Assembly (NCBI GenBank): GCA_030600545.1
Contig: JAUVLV010000003.1
Span: 12,186-76,185 of the forward strand
Source of the DNA: Candidatus Aegiribacteria sp.
Lineage (GTDB): Bacteria; Fermentibacterota; Fermentibacteria; Fermentibacterales; JCC-6
Reading direction: 5' to 3'
Length of the DNA stretch: 64,000 nt
The notes below the pieces were generated by a model. That model did no database searches, was not told the origin of the DNA, and saw only the letters and a program-made list of their open reading frames with translations. This document shows, in pieces, positions 47,825 to 56,977 of this stretch; within the stretch, counting starts at the first letter, position 1; each line of letters opens with the position of its first letter. A program made the position numbers and the translations under genes.

Positions 47825-48097
47825 TCAGAACCAGCGGTAAAGATAACCTACAAACATCAGTCCCGCAAAACTCATGAGATTCAGCTTGAAAGCAATCTCT
47901 TCAAGGGCGAACCTGAATACGATCAAATCAAATCCTATCGGACCCACTGAAAACTCAAGGGATCCAGCGAAAAACGATTTGAGTGTCGTAGAGGACTCAG
48001 GGAGTATAACTGCTATTGCTTCGCCAAACACGGTGCCTGTCATCATTCCCAGGAATGAGATGGTGATCCAGAATCCGGTCGAGCGATTGTGAAGCAA
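47825..48097 (-). CDS. Small hypothetical membrane protein
   Basis: 90 aa with two hydrophobic segments, co-directional with the tatA-mglA block. Confidence 0.3.
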   Translation of the reverse strand: MLHNRSTGFWITISFLGMMTGTVFGEAIAVILPESSTTLKSFFAGSLEFSVGPIGFDLIVFRFALEEIAFKLNLMSFAGLMFVGYLYRWF

Positions 48098-48118
48098 ACT
48101 TACTCCATTAATTATAAT

Positions 48119-48661
48119 CTATTCTGGCGTACACGCCGAATCAACCCCCGGATCATAGATCCAGGGAAAACCTCTTCTTAATAGTACAATAGCAACAATA
48201 CCGGTAATGGTTCCAGAAAGGAAACCCCATATTGTAAGTGGGAGTAAAAGACTATTCATAGGAAGTCCCGGAAGAAGTGCAGATGCAGTCAACAGCTGAA
48301 TTGAGAGACTGGAAAGACTACCGGAAATGGACATCCCCGTAACTGAGAAATACCTTTTTACCAATCCCATTACCGCTGCTGACGCAATTCCCCCTGAAAT
48401 GGAAAGAAGGTACGTTGGAGTTGCAAGTGTTCCAATGAATAGAGCTGCGCCGGTAGATCTCAGTATATTTACTCTCAGACCTGTCCAAAAACCGTATTTT
48501 GCTATTGCCGCAACCGTTATGACATTAGCCAGACCCAGTTTGATGAAAGGCAGAGGTCTGGGAATGAGATTCTCTATAACACCAGCCCCAATTGCGAGTA
48601 CAACGAGAAGGACTTCAATTCTGACGCGATCACCACAGTATTCTTCAGTTGATTTCCACAT
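48119..48661 (-). CDS. Polytopic membrane protein (Gx-transporter / HepS-component-I-like)
   Basis: Four to five TM helices, Gly/Ala-rich (LVVLAIGAGVIENL...GLANVITVAAIAKYG). The start is set at the internal ATG, and the 5' end is uncertain. Confidence 0.4.
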   Translation of the reverse strand: MWKSTEEYCGDRVRIEVLLVVLAIGAGVIENLIPRPLPFIKLGLANVITVAAIAKYGFWTGLRVNILRSTGAALFIGTLATPTYLLSISGGIASAAVMGLVKRYFSVTGMSISGSLSSLSIQLLTASALLPGLPMNSLLLPLTIWGFLSGTITGIVAIVLLRRGFPWIYDPGVDSACTPE

Positions 48662-49730
48662 TTGCTGCTTCTTCAAGAAGAGATTCAACCCTGGAAAATA
48701 GCCGTTTGGCGTTGAAGTGATGTTCCGCCCTTTCCAGCGCTCCGAAGGAGAGTCTGGAATGCATTTGTGGATCATCCATCTTCTTCACTGCCTCTGCTAT
48801 GGCGATGGAATCACCAGGTGGAATAATCAGACCCGATACATTATCGGAGTTTACCCAGGGAACTCCGGTTGGAAGCGCTGTACTTATCACAGGAATACCG
48901 CAGGCCATTGCTTCGGTCTGAACCATGCCGAATGCTTCGCTCCGCATTGTTGATGGCAGAATAAGACACCTGGCCTGCTGATAGAGTTCTACAAGCTTTC
49001 GATCATCCGGGTTGCTGACAATCTCTATATTAAGGCTATCTTCACGGATCTTATTACGCACATTGTTCTCCAGAGGGCCTCCCCCCACCATAACAAGCTT
49101 TCTCCGGGGGAATTCCTTCCATGCATCGAGCAGTACGCCGATACCCTTGTACTTTCGAAATCTTCCTACAAATAATACGTAATCACCCTCAGTGTCTACA
49201 TCTGGCGGCCTGAACACATCGAGATCTGAACCGATAGGAACAACTTCAGTATTATCAAGATCTGACAGATAGATGGAAGTATCAAGATAAACAGGAGAAG
49301 TGGCTATTACCTTGCTGGCACCTTTTAAAAACCTTCTCAGCAGCGGGCCGTAGAAAGGAAGAAAGAACGCCTGTCTGACTATATCGCTATGGTATGTTAC
49401 AATGTAGGGAGTGTTCCTTCCGGAAAGGAGCCATGCAATTACAGCAGATGGCAGAGGAACATGAAAGTGCAGTATGTCGGCAGGAGTATTTTGCAGTATA
49501 CTGCGAAGTCCAGGGGATATTGGATTTGAAAGAATTCTGCATATACAGGGGTATTCAATGACATTGAATCCTGAAACCACAGTTTTAGAGCCTCCCCTGG
49601 CATTACCCGCCACAAGAACACTAACTTCATGCCCCTTGCCGGCGAGGTACCTGGAAAGATCGTGCAAGTACCTTTCAATTCCACCCCGCACTAATGGATG
49701 GACATCCTTGTAAACCTGAAGGATTCTCAC
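48645..49730 (-). CDS. Glycosyltransferase family 4
   Basis: MRILQVY...GGIERY and the C-terminal EAFGMVQTEAMACGIPVI (the E-x7-E region) are present. An ATGA overlap links it to the upstream GT4. Confidence 0.8.
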   Translation of the reverse strand: MRILQVYKDVHPLVRGGIERYLHDLSRYLAGKGHEVSVLVAGNARGGSKTVVSGFNVIEYPCICRILSNPISPGLRSILQNTPADILHFHVPLPSAVIAWLLSGRNTPYIVTYHSDIVRQAFFLPFYGPLLRRFLKGASKVIATSPVYLDTSIYLSDLDNTEVVPIGSDLDVFRPPDVDTEGDYVLFVGRFRKYKGIGVLLDAWKEFPRRKLVMVGGGPLENNVRNKIREDSLNIEIVSNPDDRKLVELYQQARCLILPSTMRSEAFGMVQTEAMACGIPVISTALPTGVPWVNSDNVSGLIIPPGDSIAIAEAVKKMDDPQMHSRLSFGALERAEHHFNAKRLFSRVESLLEEAANVEIN

Positions 49731-50851
49731 GTTCCAAACTCCTCATACACTTTCAAAACCTGTCCGGCCATTCGTTCCGTTGAGAAATGTGAAGCAAAAT
49801 CCATCAGAGCGTTAGCGTCGTGATCAGTATCAAGGGAATCAAGGATGGATTCAGTAATAGAATCGGGATCAAAGCCTTCCGCAACGGTCGATATTCCTGA
49901 GTAGATCTCCCTTAGCGCAGAAGCGGGAGTAACAACAGATGGAACTCCTGCTGAAGCCGCTTCAAGCGGGGGCAGTCCGAAACCCTCGTATAAAGATGGG
50001 TAAACAAGCAGTTCAGCGCCTGAAATGCAGCTTTTCAGCATAGTTGCTGAAAGTGATCCGGTCAGACGAATGCCTTCCGTATCGAGAAGTCTTTTCCTCA
50101 GGGATTCAGGTCCCCAGCCCCATCTTCCTGCAATCACAAGAGACATATCAGGATGAACCCTGCTTACCTCTGACCAGGAATCGACCAGAGCTGAAATATT
50201 CTTTCTTGGTTCTATTGTCCCGGCAAACGCGATATATCTTCCCTTGAGAGAAAATGTGCTTCTGAACTCTGAAGGGTCAGAGAGAAAGGAATCGGTAGAC
50301 AGGTAAACTTTTCTGATTCTGTTTTCTTCAATCCCGAGAAGCTTCACCGCTTCACTTCCCGTTGATTCACTGTCAACCATAACTACGTCGGCATTTCCAG
50401 CGACTTTTCTGAAATGAAGACGGTAATAGACCGATCTTAAGAATGGAAACCATGACGGATTTATGCAGAATGCCAGGTCATGAAGGGTAACCGCGCAGGG
50501 CACATCACGAGGTGCTCTGCCGGAAAAGGCGGGAAGGTGTACTATGGAAGGTGAAATCGACGCTACCAATGAAGGCAGCGTAATATTCTCATTCAAAACC
50601 TTCCTGATGCCACCAGCTGAATGATGATAATGAAGAGCGTCCGAAGGGGACATAAGCTTCCCTCCGACAGCAGTAATAACATTAGCTTCACAGTGACTGA
50701 ATCCCTCAAGAAGTCTCTTGAGGTAAATACCTGTTCCACCCCTGTTTGAGAGTGAATCAGCATAAATAACTGCAGGCGTGTCGCAGTTCGAATTGTCAGT
50801 ACATCTATATTTCAATTTTGCATGAGCTGCCGACATTGATCCTGACAGCAT
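49727..50851 (-). CDS. Glycosyltransferase family 4
   Basis: EGFGLPPLEAASAGVPSVVT and a GT-B pattern are present. The exact start is uncertain because the ORF overlaps the upstream gene. Confidence 0.75.
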   Translation of the reverse strand: MLSGSMSAAHAKLKYRCTDNSNCDTPAVIYADSLSNRGGTGIYLKRLLEGFSHCEANVITAVGGKLMSPSDALHYHHSAGGIRKVLNENITLPSLVASISPSIVHLPAFSGRAPRDVPCAVTLHDLAFCINPSWFPFLRSVYYRLHFRKVAGNADVVMVDSESTGSEAVKLLGIEENRIRKVYLSTDSFLSDPSEFRSTFSLKGRYIAFAGTIEPRKNISALVDSWSEVSRVHPDMSLVIAGRWGWGPESLRKRLLDTEGIRLTGSLSATMLKSCISGAELLVYPSLYEGFGLPPLEAASAGVPSVVTPASALREIYSGISTVAEGFDPDSITESILDSLDTDHDANALMDFASHFSTERMAGQVLKVYEEFGT

Positions 50852-51785
50852 TGCCGGATATGTCCGCTTCGTTACCGATTATGGAATCGTGGATATTCAC
50901 ATCGGTAAGGTTTGTTCCGCAACCTATTATTGCGTTACGGACGATTGTATTTCTAACTTCCGAACCGGATGCAATGGAGACATAGGGTCCCACAACAGAA
51001 GATTCAATTTTTACATTACCATCAATGCTTACAGGCGGGACTATTACGACGTTTTTCAGATCTCCTGCCGATGAACCCTTTTTCAGATCAAGGAGAATCC
51101 TGTTGGTTTTAAGAATGGTTTCCGGCTTACCGCAATCGTACCATCCATCAACCTCAAAGCATCCGAATGGGTGCCCCTCCTCAAGCATAAGCTGCATGGC
51201 GTCAGTCAGCTGGAATTCTCCACCGGTCTTTTTTCCGCTTTCTATCAGACGGTAAGTGGCATCCATGAGTTCAGAACCTGAAATAAACCCGTAAATACCG
51301 ACTATTGCCAGGTCACTGACGAATTTCTGAGGTTTCTCCACAAATCTTTTAACTCTGTTATCATCATACACGACAACACCGAATCTCCGCGGGTCCTCCA
51401 CCTTCTTCACTGCGATCATGTTCGATTTGTCATTGAAGGCTAAAGACAGGTCAGCACTGAAAAGAGTATCGCCAAGCACTACAAGGGTTTTTTCGTCAGC
51501 AGTCATTGGTGACGCAAGATTCACGGCTGATGCAAGTCCATCCATTTTCTTCTGTATTGCAAAATCAACTTGAATTTCCGGATAGTTTTTCTTGGCCCAA
51601 TCCACGATTTCATCTCCAAGGTATCCCACTATAAGTGTGATGTGGTCTATTCCTGAAGCTTTCAGTTCATCGATGATATGTCCAAGCATTGTGTTTCCAG
51701 CCAGGCGAATCAGAACTTTGGGCACCGACCATGTAAAAGGTCTCATTCTCGTGCCTTTTCCTGCCACCGGGATTATTGCGTGCAT
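50805..51785 (-). CDS. Sugar-phosphate nucleotidyltransferase with a C-terminal left-handed beta-helix (NDP-sugar pyrophosphorylase)
   Basis: The N-terminal IIPVAGKGTRMRP signature (G-x-G-T-R-x-x-P) is followed by C-terminal hexapeptide repeats. 326 aa. Confidence 0.75.
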   Translation of the reverse strand: MHAIIPVAGKGTRMRPFTWSVPKVLIRLAGNTMLGHIIDELKASGIDHITLIVGYLGDEIVDWAKKNYPEIQVDFAIQKKMDGLASAVNLASPMTADEKTLVVLGDTLFSADLSLAFNDKSNMIAVKKVEDPRRFGVVVYDDNRVKRFVEKPQKFVSDLAIVGIYGFISGSELMDATYRLIESGKKTGGEFQLTDAMQLMLEEGHPFGCFEVDGWYDCGKPETILKTNRILLDLKKGSSAGDLKNVVIVPPVSIDGNVKIESSVVGPYVSIASGSEVRNTIVRNAIIGCGTNLTDVNIHDSIIGNEADISGNAVRINVGSSCKIEI

Positions 51786-53564
51786 TTAATTTTCTCCATC
51801 GTTTCTTTCCCGATGTATCTCATCCAGTATGATCTCGGGATACCTGGATTTAACGTAATCAAAAACGAGATTTCTTATTTCATTTCCTGATTTCATTGTC
51901 AGAGCTTTTTTTGCGATAGTCTTAACTTCACTCATGCGGATAACACTGATCATCTCCTTAACATCGGGGATAAGTGTCAGAGGTACACTGAGTTCGTTCA
52001 GGCCGAATCCCACCAGCAGAGGAATGGCTAATGGATTATTAGCCATCTGTCCGCAGATGCCAACCCACTGTTCCACTTCCTTGCATTTTCTGGCGACGAT
52101 ATCGATCTGTCTGATAACTGCCGGATGCAGAGAATCAAAGAGTTTGGATACGTAGGGGCTGCCTCTGTCAACCGCAAGTGTGTACTGAGTAAGATCGTTC
52201 GAGCCAATCGATACGAAATCGGTATGGGGAAGCAGAAGATCGATACCGAGAACAGCTGCGGGAGTTTCAATCATAATACCAAGCGGTGGAATTTCTCCTC
52301 TGGGAATGCCTTCGCGATCAAGTTCAGCAGCAATATCCTCAAGCATGACCCTGACCTGCAGAATCTGGTCGTATCCCGTGATCATTGGAAGCATTATCCT
52401 ACCATTTCCGTGCCTTGCTGCCCTCAGAAGCGCTCTCAGTTGTCTTGTGAATTTTTCCGGACGGTCCAGGCAGATCCTGATGGCCCTCCACCCAAGGAAG
52501 GGATTTTTTTCTTTGGTCGGAATCGAATCCAGAAACTTGTCTCCCCCAAGATCGAGGGTTCTTATTATCACAGGATCAGGATTAAGAGTCTCAAGTACAT
52601 GTCTGTAAGCTCTGTAATGTATTTCTTCATCGTCTTCCGCCTCCGGGGTGAGAAGCATTATGAATTCCGTTCTGAAAAGACCTATTCCATTTCCTCCAAA
52701 ACGGCGTACCTGATCGGCTTCCAGCGAGAATTCAATATTCGCCGAAAGCTCTATATCTATTCCATCCGCGGTAACAGCAGGGTTTTCAGCATTCAGTGCT
52801 ATCTCGGCTTCAGCTATGTTGTAGCGTTCTTTCAGTTTGTAATAGTACTCAAGCTCATCGTCATTGGGATTCAGTATTACATTTCCATGGATTCCATCAA
52901 TAATTACAGTCTGTCCTGTAACCACATATTTCGCTACATCTTTGAGGGCGACAACGGCCGGGATCCCCATGCTCCTGGCCAGTATCGCGGTATGTGAGGT
53001 TGAACCGCCAAGATCTGTGACTATTCCAAGAAGCTGTTTTCTTGACAGCCCGGCTGTCTGTGACGGGTCAAGATCCCGTGATACAAGAACTACAGGATTA
53101 GTCAGATTCAACAGGGCTTCCTGCTCTGTACCCATCAGATTCGCCATTATTCTTTTACCGACATCCCTTATATCGATCGCCCTGCCTTTAATGTATGAAT
53201 CCTCTATCAGGCTAAAACGTTCAAGAACATCATAGAGAGCCCTGCTTACGGCATAATCGGCACTCACCTGTTCATTCCTTATCCGATTTTCAACGTCGGA
53301 AATCATGGATGGGTCGTTTAGAAGAAGAATTTGAACCTCGATGAGCTGTCTGCCCTCAATAATATCGCTGACCTGATCCGATATCTGCTCAAGTTCCATT
53401 CGCGTATGGGCAAGAGCTGCTCTGAATCGATCCAGCTCTGCTTCTACCTCTTCTTTATTCCTCAGGTTTCTCTTCTGTATTCTTATCTCTTCAATGTTCA
53501 ACAGAAATGCCGGTCCTATGGATACACCGGGAGATGCAGGAGTACCTTTAAGTCTAATGCTCAA
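51786..53564 (-). CDS. ptsI: Phosphoenolpyruvate-protein phosphotransferase (PTS enzyme I)
   Basis: The active-site His region GGSTSHTAILARSMGIPAVV and the PEP-utilizing C-terminal domain are present. 592 aa. Confidence 0.9.
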   Translation of the reverse strand: MSIRLKGTPASPGVSIGPAFLLNIEEIRIQKRNLRNKEEVEAELDRFRAALAHTRMELEQISDQVSDIIEGRQLIEVQILLLNDPSMISDVENRIRNEQVSADYAVSRALYDVLERFSLIEDSYIKGRAIDIRDVGKRIMANLMGTEQEALLNLTNPVVLVSRDLDPSQTAGLSRKQLLGIVTDLGGSTSHTAILARSMGIPAVVALKDVAKYVVTGQTVIIDGIHGNVILNPNDDELEYYYKLKERYNIAEAEIALNAENPAVTADGIDIELSANIEFSLEADQVRRFGGNGIGLFRTEFIMLLTPEAEDDEEIHYRAYRHVLETLNPDPVIIRTLDLGGDKFLDSIPTKEKNPFLGWRAIRICLDRPEKFTRQLRALLRAARHGNGRIMLPMITGYDQILQVRVMLEDIAAELDREGIPRGEIPPLGIMIETPAAVLGIDLLLPHTDFVSIGSNDLTQYTLAVDRGSPYVSKLFDSLHPAVIRQIDIVARKCKEVEQWVGICGQMANNPLAIPLLVGFGLNELSVPLTLIPDVKEMISVIRMSEVKTIAKKALTMKSGNEIRNLVFDYVKSRYPEIILDEIHRERNDGEN

Positions 53565-53569
53565 CTGTT

Positions 53570-53836
53570 CTATTCCTCTCCAAATCCGCCCCGGATGATA
53601 TCTACGATTGTTTTAGCAGCCTCGTTTTCATCATCACCTTCAGCTGTAACTTCAATTATACTCCCGCGGCATGCCGCAAGTGTCATAACGCCCATAATAC
53701 TTTTTGCATTAACTGAATCACCATCAACTGTCAGTGTAATGCTGCTTTCAAAAACAGATGCCGCCTTAACTATCTGAGCAGCTGGTCGAGCATGAATACC
53801 AAGCTTATTTACTACTTCAGCTTTTTCAGTTTTCAA
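53570..53836 (-). CDS. ptsH: Phosphocarrier protein HPr
   Basis: GIHARPAAQ (His15) and the Ser46 region KSIMGVMTL are present. 88 aa. Confidence 0.85.
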   Translation of the reverse strand: MKTEKAEVVNKLGIHARPAAQIVKAASVFESSITLTVDGDSVNAKSIMGVMTLAACRGSIIEVTAEGDDENEAAKTIVDIIRGGFGEE

Positions 53837-53852
53837 TGAAGTCCTCCAGCTC

Positions 53853-54824
53853 TTACTTTCTTCCTGATTTCAGCTCTTTGCTGATTATTCTCTTGATCAG
53901 GTCCTTTTCGACCTCCTCAGGAACATTTCTTCCCTTCTGAAGAAGAAGATAATTCATTACTGCGACCTCAAGAAGAAGTGTAAGATTACGGCCAGGCAGC
54001 ACAGGTATAATCGTTCTAGGAATCGGCAGATCAAGTATAGTGCTGATTTTTTGAATAAGGCCTGTTCTATCGAAATCCTGATTGTGCCTGGACCATTCCT
54101 CCAGTTTTACTTCAAGGTTGATCTGCTGTCTGTCCTTTACCGATCTGATTCCGTAGAATGCGGAGACATCCACAAGTCCAAGTCCTCTGATCTCCATATG
54201 ATGCGCCATTCCGGAATCTCCAATACCGAAGAGCGCATTACCAATTCTTCTTACATGTACTCTATCGTCCGCTATCAGCCTGTGTCCTCTTTCAAGAAGA
54301 CCCAGTACAGTCTCGCTTTTGCCGATCGCACTTCTTCCTGTACATAGAACTCCTGCGCCGAAAACTTCGACAAGACTTCCGTATACATTTGTTTCAGGGG
54401 CGAATACCATATCGAGGAAACTGCAAAGCCCACGTATCAGTGGAGTTGTGTCCATTGTAGAACGAAAAAGAGCTGAGGAACTGGATTTAGAAAGTTTGAC
54501 AAGTTCATCAGGGGGATCGAGACCCTTCGTTACAATAGAACAGTATACCGGTAATTCAAAAAGCGATTCCAGTGAATCCTTTCTACGTTCTGCAGAAAGT
54601 GAATCAAGGTAGGATATCTCCGTCTCACCGAAGATCTGTACCCTTTCGTACAGGAATTTATGAAGGTACCCGGTCAGAGCCATGCCCGGCCGACTGATAT
54701 CCTGGGATTCTATAAGTCTTTCGTGACCTGTATTCCCGTTAACTGTTTCCAGCTCAAGGCTTTTACTGAGTATTCTGAAAAGCTCAGCAGTCGTGAGCTC
54801 CTCCCTGCCAGGAATGTATTCCAT
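53853..54824 (-). CDS. hprK: HPr kinase/phosphorylase
   Basis: Walker A GRSAIGKSETVLGLLERGHRLIADD and the C-terminal HprK signature are present. Confidence 0.85.
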   Translation of the reverse strand: MEYIPGREELTTAELFRILSKSLELETVNGNTGHERLIESQDISRPGMALTGYLHKFLYERVQIFGETEISYLDSLSAERRKDSLESLFELPVYCSIVTKGLDPPDELVKLSKSSSSALFRSTMDTTPLIRGLCSFLDMVFAPETNVYGSLVEVFGAGVLCTGRSAIGKSETVLGLLERGHRLIADDRVHVRRIGNALFGIGDSGMAHHMEIRGLGLVDVSAFYGIRSVKDRQQINLEVKLEEWSRHNQDFDRTGLIQKISTILDLPIPRTIIPVLPGRNLTLLLEVAVMNYLLLQKGRNVPEEVEKDLIKRIISKELKSGRK

Positions 54825-54838
54825 CAGGATTTTCTCCG

Positions 54839-55387
54839 TTATTTCTGGTTTCTCACCAGTTCAACGACCTGTGTCTTGCCGTCCGGGGTTGTATATACAA
54901 CACTGAGCATGCCTGTTTCCGTGTTCTGGAAAACAAAATGCTCGTCCTGGTCAATCTCGTAATTCATTATGGCGTCTTTAGTATTCAGCCTCGGCATTAT
55001 TTCTGAATCATCTATGAGAATTCCATCAGCAAACTCAGATTCCTCTGCGGGAACGTAATATGTTAAAGAACTGTCGTCTGAACCGTTATTTTCCCGGTGG
55101 GGATGATTGTGCATTCTGTCTTTGAATTTCCGAACTTGTGTTTCAAGCGAATGAAATGCCTCGTCAAATGCGGAATAGATATCATGAGATTTTGATTTGG
55201 AATCCAGTTTTATATGATTTCCTCTAACCTGTATATGAACGTGATTGGTTCCAGAGGTTACTTCAAGTATCACACGCACGTCATCTATGCCATCATAGAA
55301 TCTATCTACGGTTTTAAGTTTCTTCTCAACATGCTTCTTAAGAGCATCTGTCAATTGAAAGTGTCTTCCACTGATTTCAATGTTCAT
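54839..55387 (-). CDS. hpf: Ribosome hibernation promoting factor (long form)
   Basis: MNIEISGRHFQLTDALKKHVEKKL matches the RaiA/HPF N-terminal domain, and the C-terminal dimerisation domain is present. An AAGGGAG ribosome-binding site lies 6 nt upstream. Confidence 0.85.
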   Translation of the reverse strand: MNIEISGRHFQLTDALKKHVEKKLKTVDRFYDGIDDVRVILEVTSGTNHVHIQVRGNHIKLDSKSKSHDIYSAFDEAFHSLETQVRKFKDRMHNHPHRENNGSDDSSLTYYVPAEESEFADGILIDDSEIMPRLNTKDAIMNYEIDQDEHFVFQNTETGMLSVVYTTPDGKTQVVELVRNQK

Positions 55388-55412
55388 TCAGAACTCCCTT
55401 CGATTAGGTGCT

Positions 55413-55428
55413 TGTTTCCAAATGGAAA
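55413..55428. promoter_or_regulatory. Perfect 7-bp inverted repeat GTTTCCA-AA-TGGAAAC in the hpf 5' leader
   Basis: Read directly from the sequence. It lies 26-41 nt upstream of the hpf ATG, between gatD and hpf. The loop is too short for a stable hairpin, so a dimeric regulator site is more likely. Confidence 0.3.
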
Positions 55429-55585
55429 CGGTGAACATAGATAAAAAAATACTGCACTTCATATGCGATTTGAGCATATCCTGAACAGTTAATACTTACA
55501 AGTGTATTTATCACAGAACAATAATATTGTTCCTTCAGTGCGAGGTCAACACCATCAGAGATACAATACTGCCCCGGCTTTCGAT

Positions 55586-56812
55586 TTATCGCTTATGACT
55601 TCTGATGAATTCCTCTACTTCAGGAATACCGCCCTGCAATATCAAATAACCGTTATGGGGTTCTCTTTCCGTGATCTCACCAGCTATCGGAGTAAGCATT
55701 ATCTTTTTAACCTCTTCCCTGTCATGGCTCTGACCAAGTGCCCAGCATAATTTCATGTATGCAACTTCCGGAAGCATATTGGAAGCTGGAATTACACCAA
55801 GATCCATGATATCCCGCCCTGTATCGTATACGAACATCTGTACATATCCCCACAGGGTTTGAACCGTCATGTAAACATGTACTCCCTGATCGCAGGCTTT
55901 CTTAAGGACAGGATAGAGAGGCTTGTTCACATGTCCAAGCCCCGTTCCCGCGATTATGATACCCTTGTAACCGTTATCAATAAGCGATTCAATAATATCA
56001 GGTTTCATATCAGGATAGTAATACACTATTGAAACACTTGAATCGAAAGCAGTATTGATTTTCACATGACGGTCTGTCCGTCTTTTCCTGTAATCGGTTT
56101 TCAATGGTGTTATATGTCCTTTTTCAACCATAGCCAGGGGTATGTCTCCTATTGTGCGGAATGTGGACCTGTAGGAGGAATGCATCTTCCTGACTCTTGT
56201 TCCTCTGTGCAGAAGTCCATACTGATCACTTGTAGGACCGAACATACAGACCATTACCTCTGCAATATCGCTCTCAGCGGCTGCATAGGTGGCATTCATC
56301 AGATTTATTGCCGCATCGCTTGAAGGGCGGTCACTGGATCGTTGTGATCCGACCATTACTACAGGAACAGGTGTATCCTGAACCATGAACGAAAGAACAG
56401 CTGCTGTATGATGCATCGTATCGGTCCCATGGCCAATGACTATTCCATCTACACCATCGGCTATTGCCCTGCCGATTGCCTCCGCTGTTCCTTTCCATTG
56501 TTCAGGCCCCATGTTTTCACTGAAAACTCCGTAGAGCTTCTCCGTTTTAAGGTTGCAGATATCCGCCAGTTCGGGTACCGATCCATAGAGCTCACCAGGG
56601 GAAAATGCGGGAATGACAGCGCCCGTTCTGTAATCAAGCCTCGAGGCAATGGTGCCCCCTGTTCCGAAAAGTCTCACATTCGGTTTTGATGGATCGTACG
56701 GAAATTCCTTTTCAGGGATCTTGTAATGGGCTTCGTTCCTTCCCAGCTCAGCGATGGACTCAATAGTTCCAACATCCAGGCCTACATTGTAGCCGTTATG
56801 GATTTTCAACAC
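55586..56812 (-). CDS. gatD: Glutamyl-tRNA(Gln) amidotransferase subunit D (archaeal-type; asparaginase-fold with ~90-aa N-terminal extension)
   Basis: Asparaginase motifs FGTGGTIAS and GHGTDTM are present. The 408-aa length includes the GatD-specific N-terminal domain. It is immediately downstream of a gatE-like gene. Confidence 0.75.
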   Translation of the reverse strand: MLKIHNGYNVGLDVGTIESIAELGRNEAHYKIPEKEFPYDPSKPNVRLFGTGGTIASRLDYRTGAVIPAFSPGELYGSVPELADICNLKTEKLYGVFSENMGPEQWKGTAEAIGRAIADGVDGIVIGHGTDTMHHTAAVLSFMVQDTPVPVVMVGSQRSSDRPSSDAAINLMNATYAAAESDIAEVMVCMFGPTSDQYGLLHRGTRVRKMHSSYRSTFRTIGDIPLAMVEKGHITPLKTDYRKRRTDRHVKINTAFDSSVSIVYYYPDMKPDIIESLIDNGYKGIIIAGTGLGHVNKPLYPVLKKACDQGVHVYMTVQTLWGYVQMFVYDTGRDIMDLGVIPASNMLPEVAYMKLCWALGQSHDREEVKKIMLTPIAGEITEREPHNGYLILQGGIPEVEEFIRSHKR

Positions 56813-56977
56813 TATATGCGTATCGTCAGCGGTTTCCGACCGGGGAAGAATTACTCCGCTGAAACCGCCTCTGGTCGATTCAATATTAACATCGGACCAT
56901 ACGCCAACATTGTATTTCTTCAGACATTCCAGGCTTTTACCCCTGTATCCTTTGTATAGATCGGAGGACAGCTTTGA

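Noticed and set aside
52125-52997. 290-aa plus-strand ORF inside ptsI
   Set aside because: It is antisense to a strongly supported ptsI. It has no recognisable motifs and a low-complexity Phe/Ser/Arg composition.
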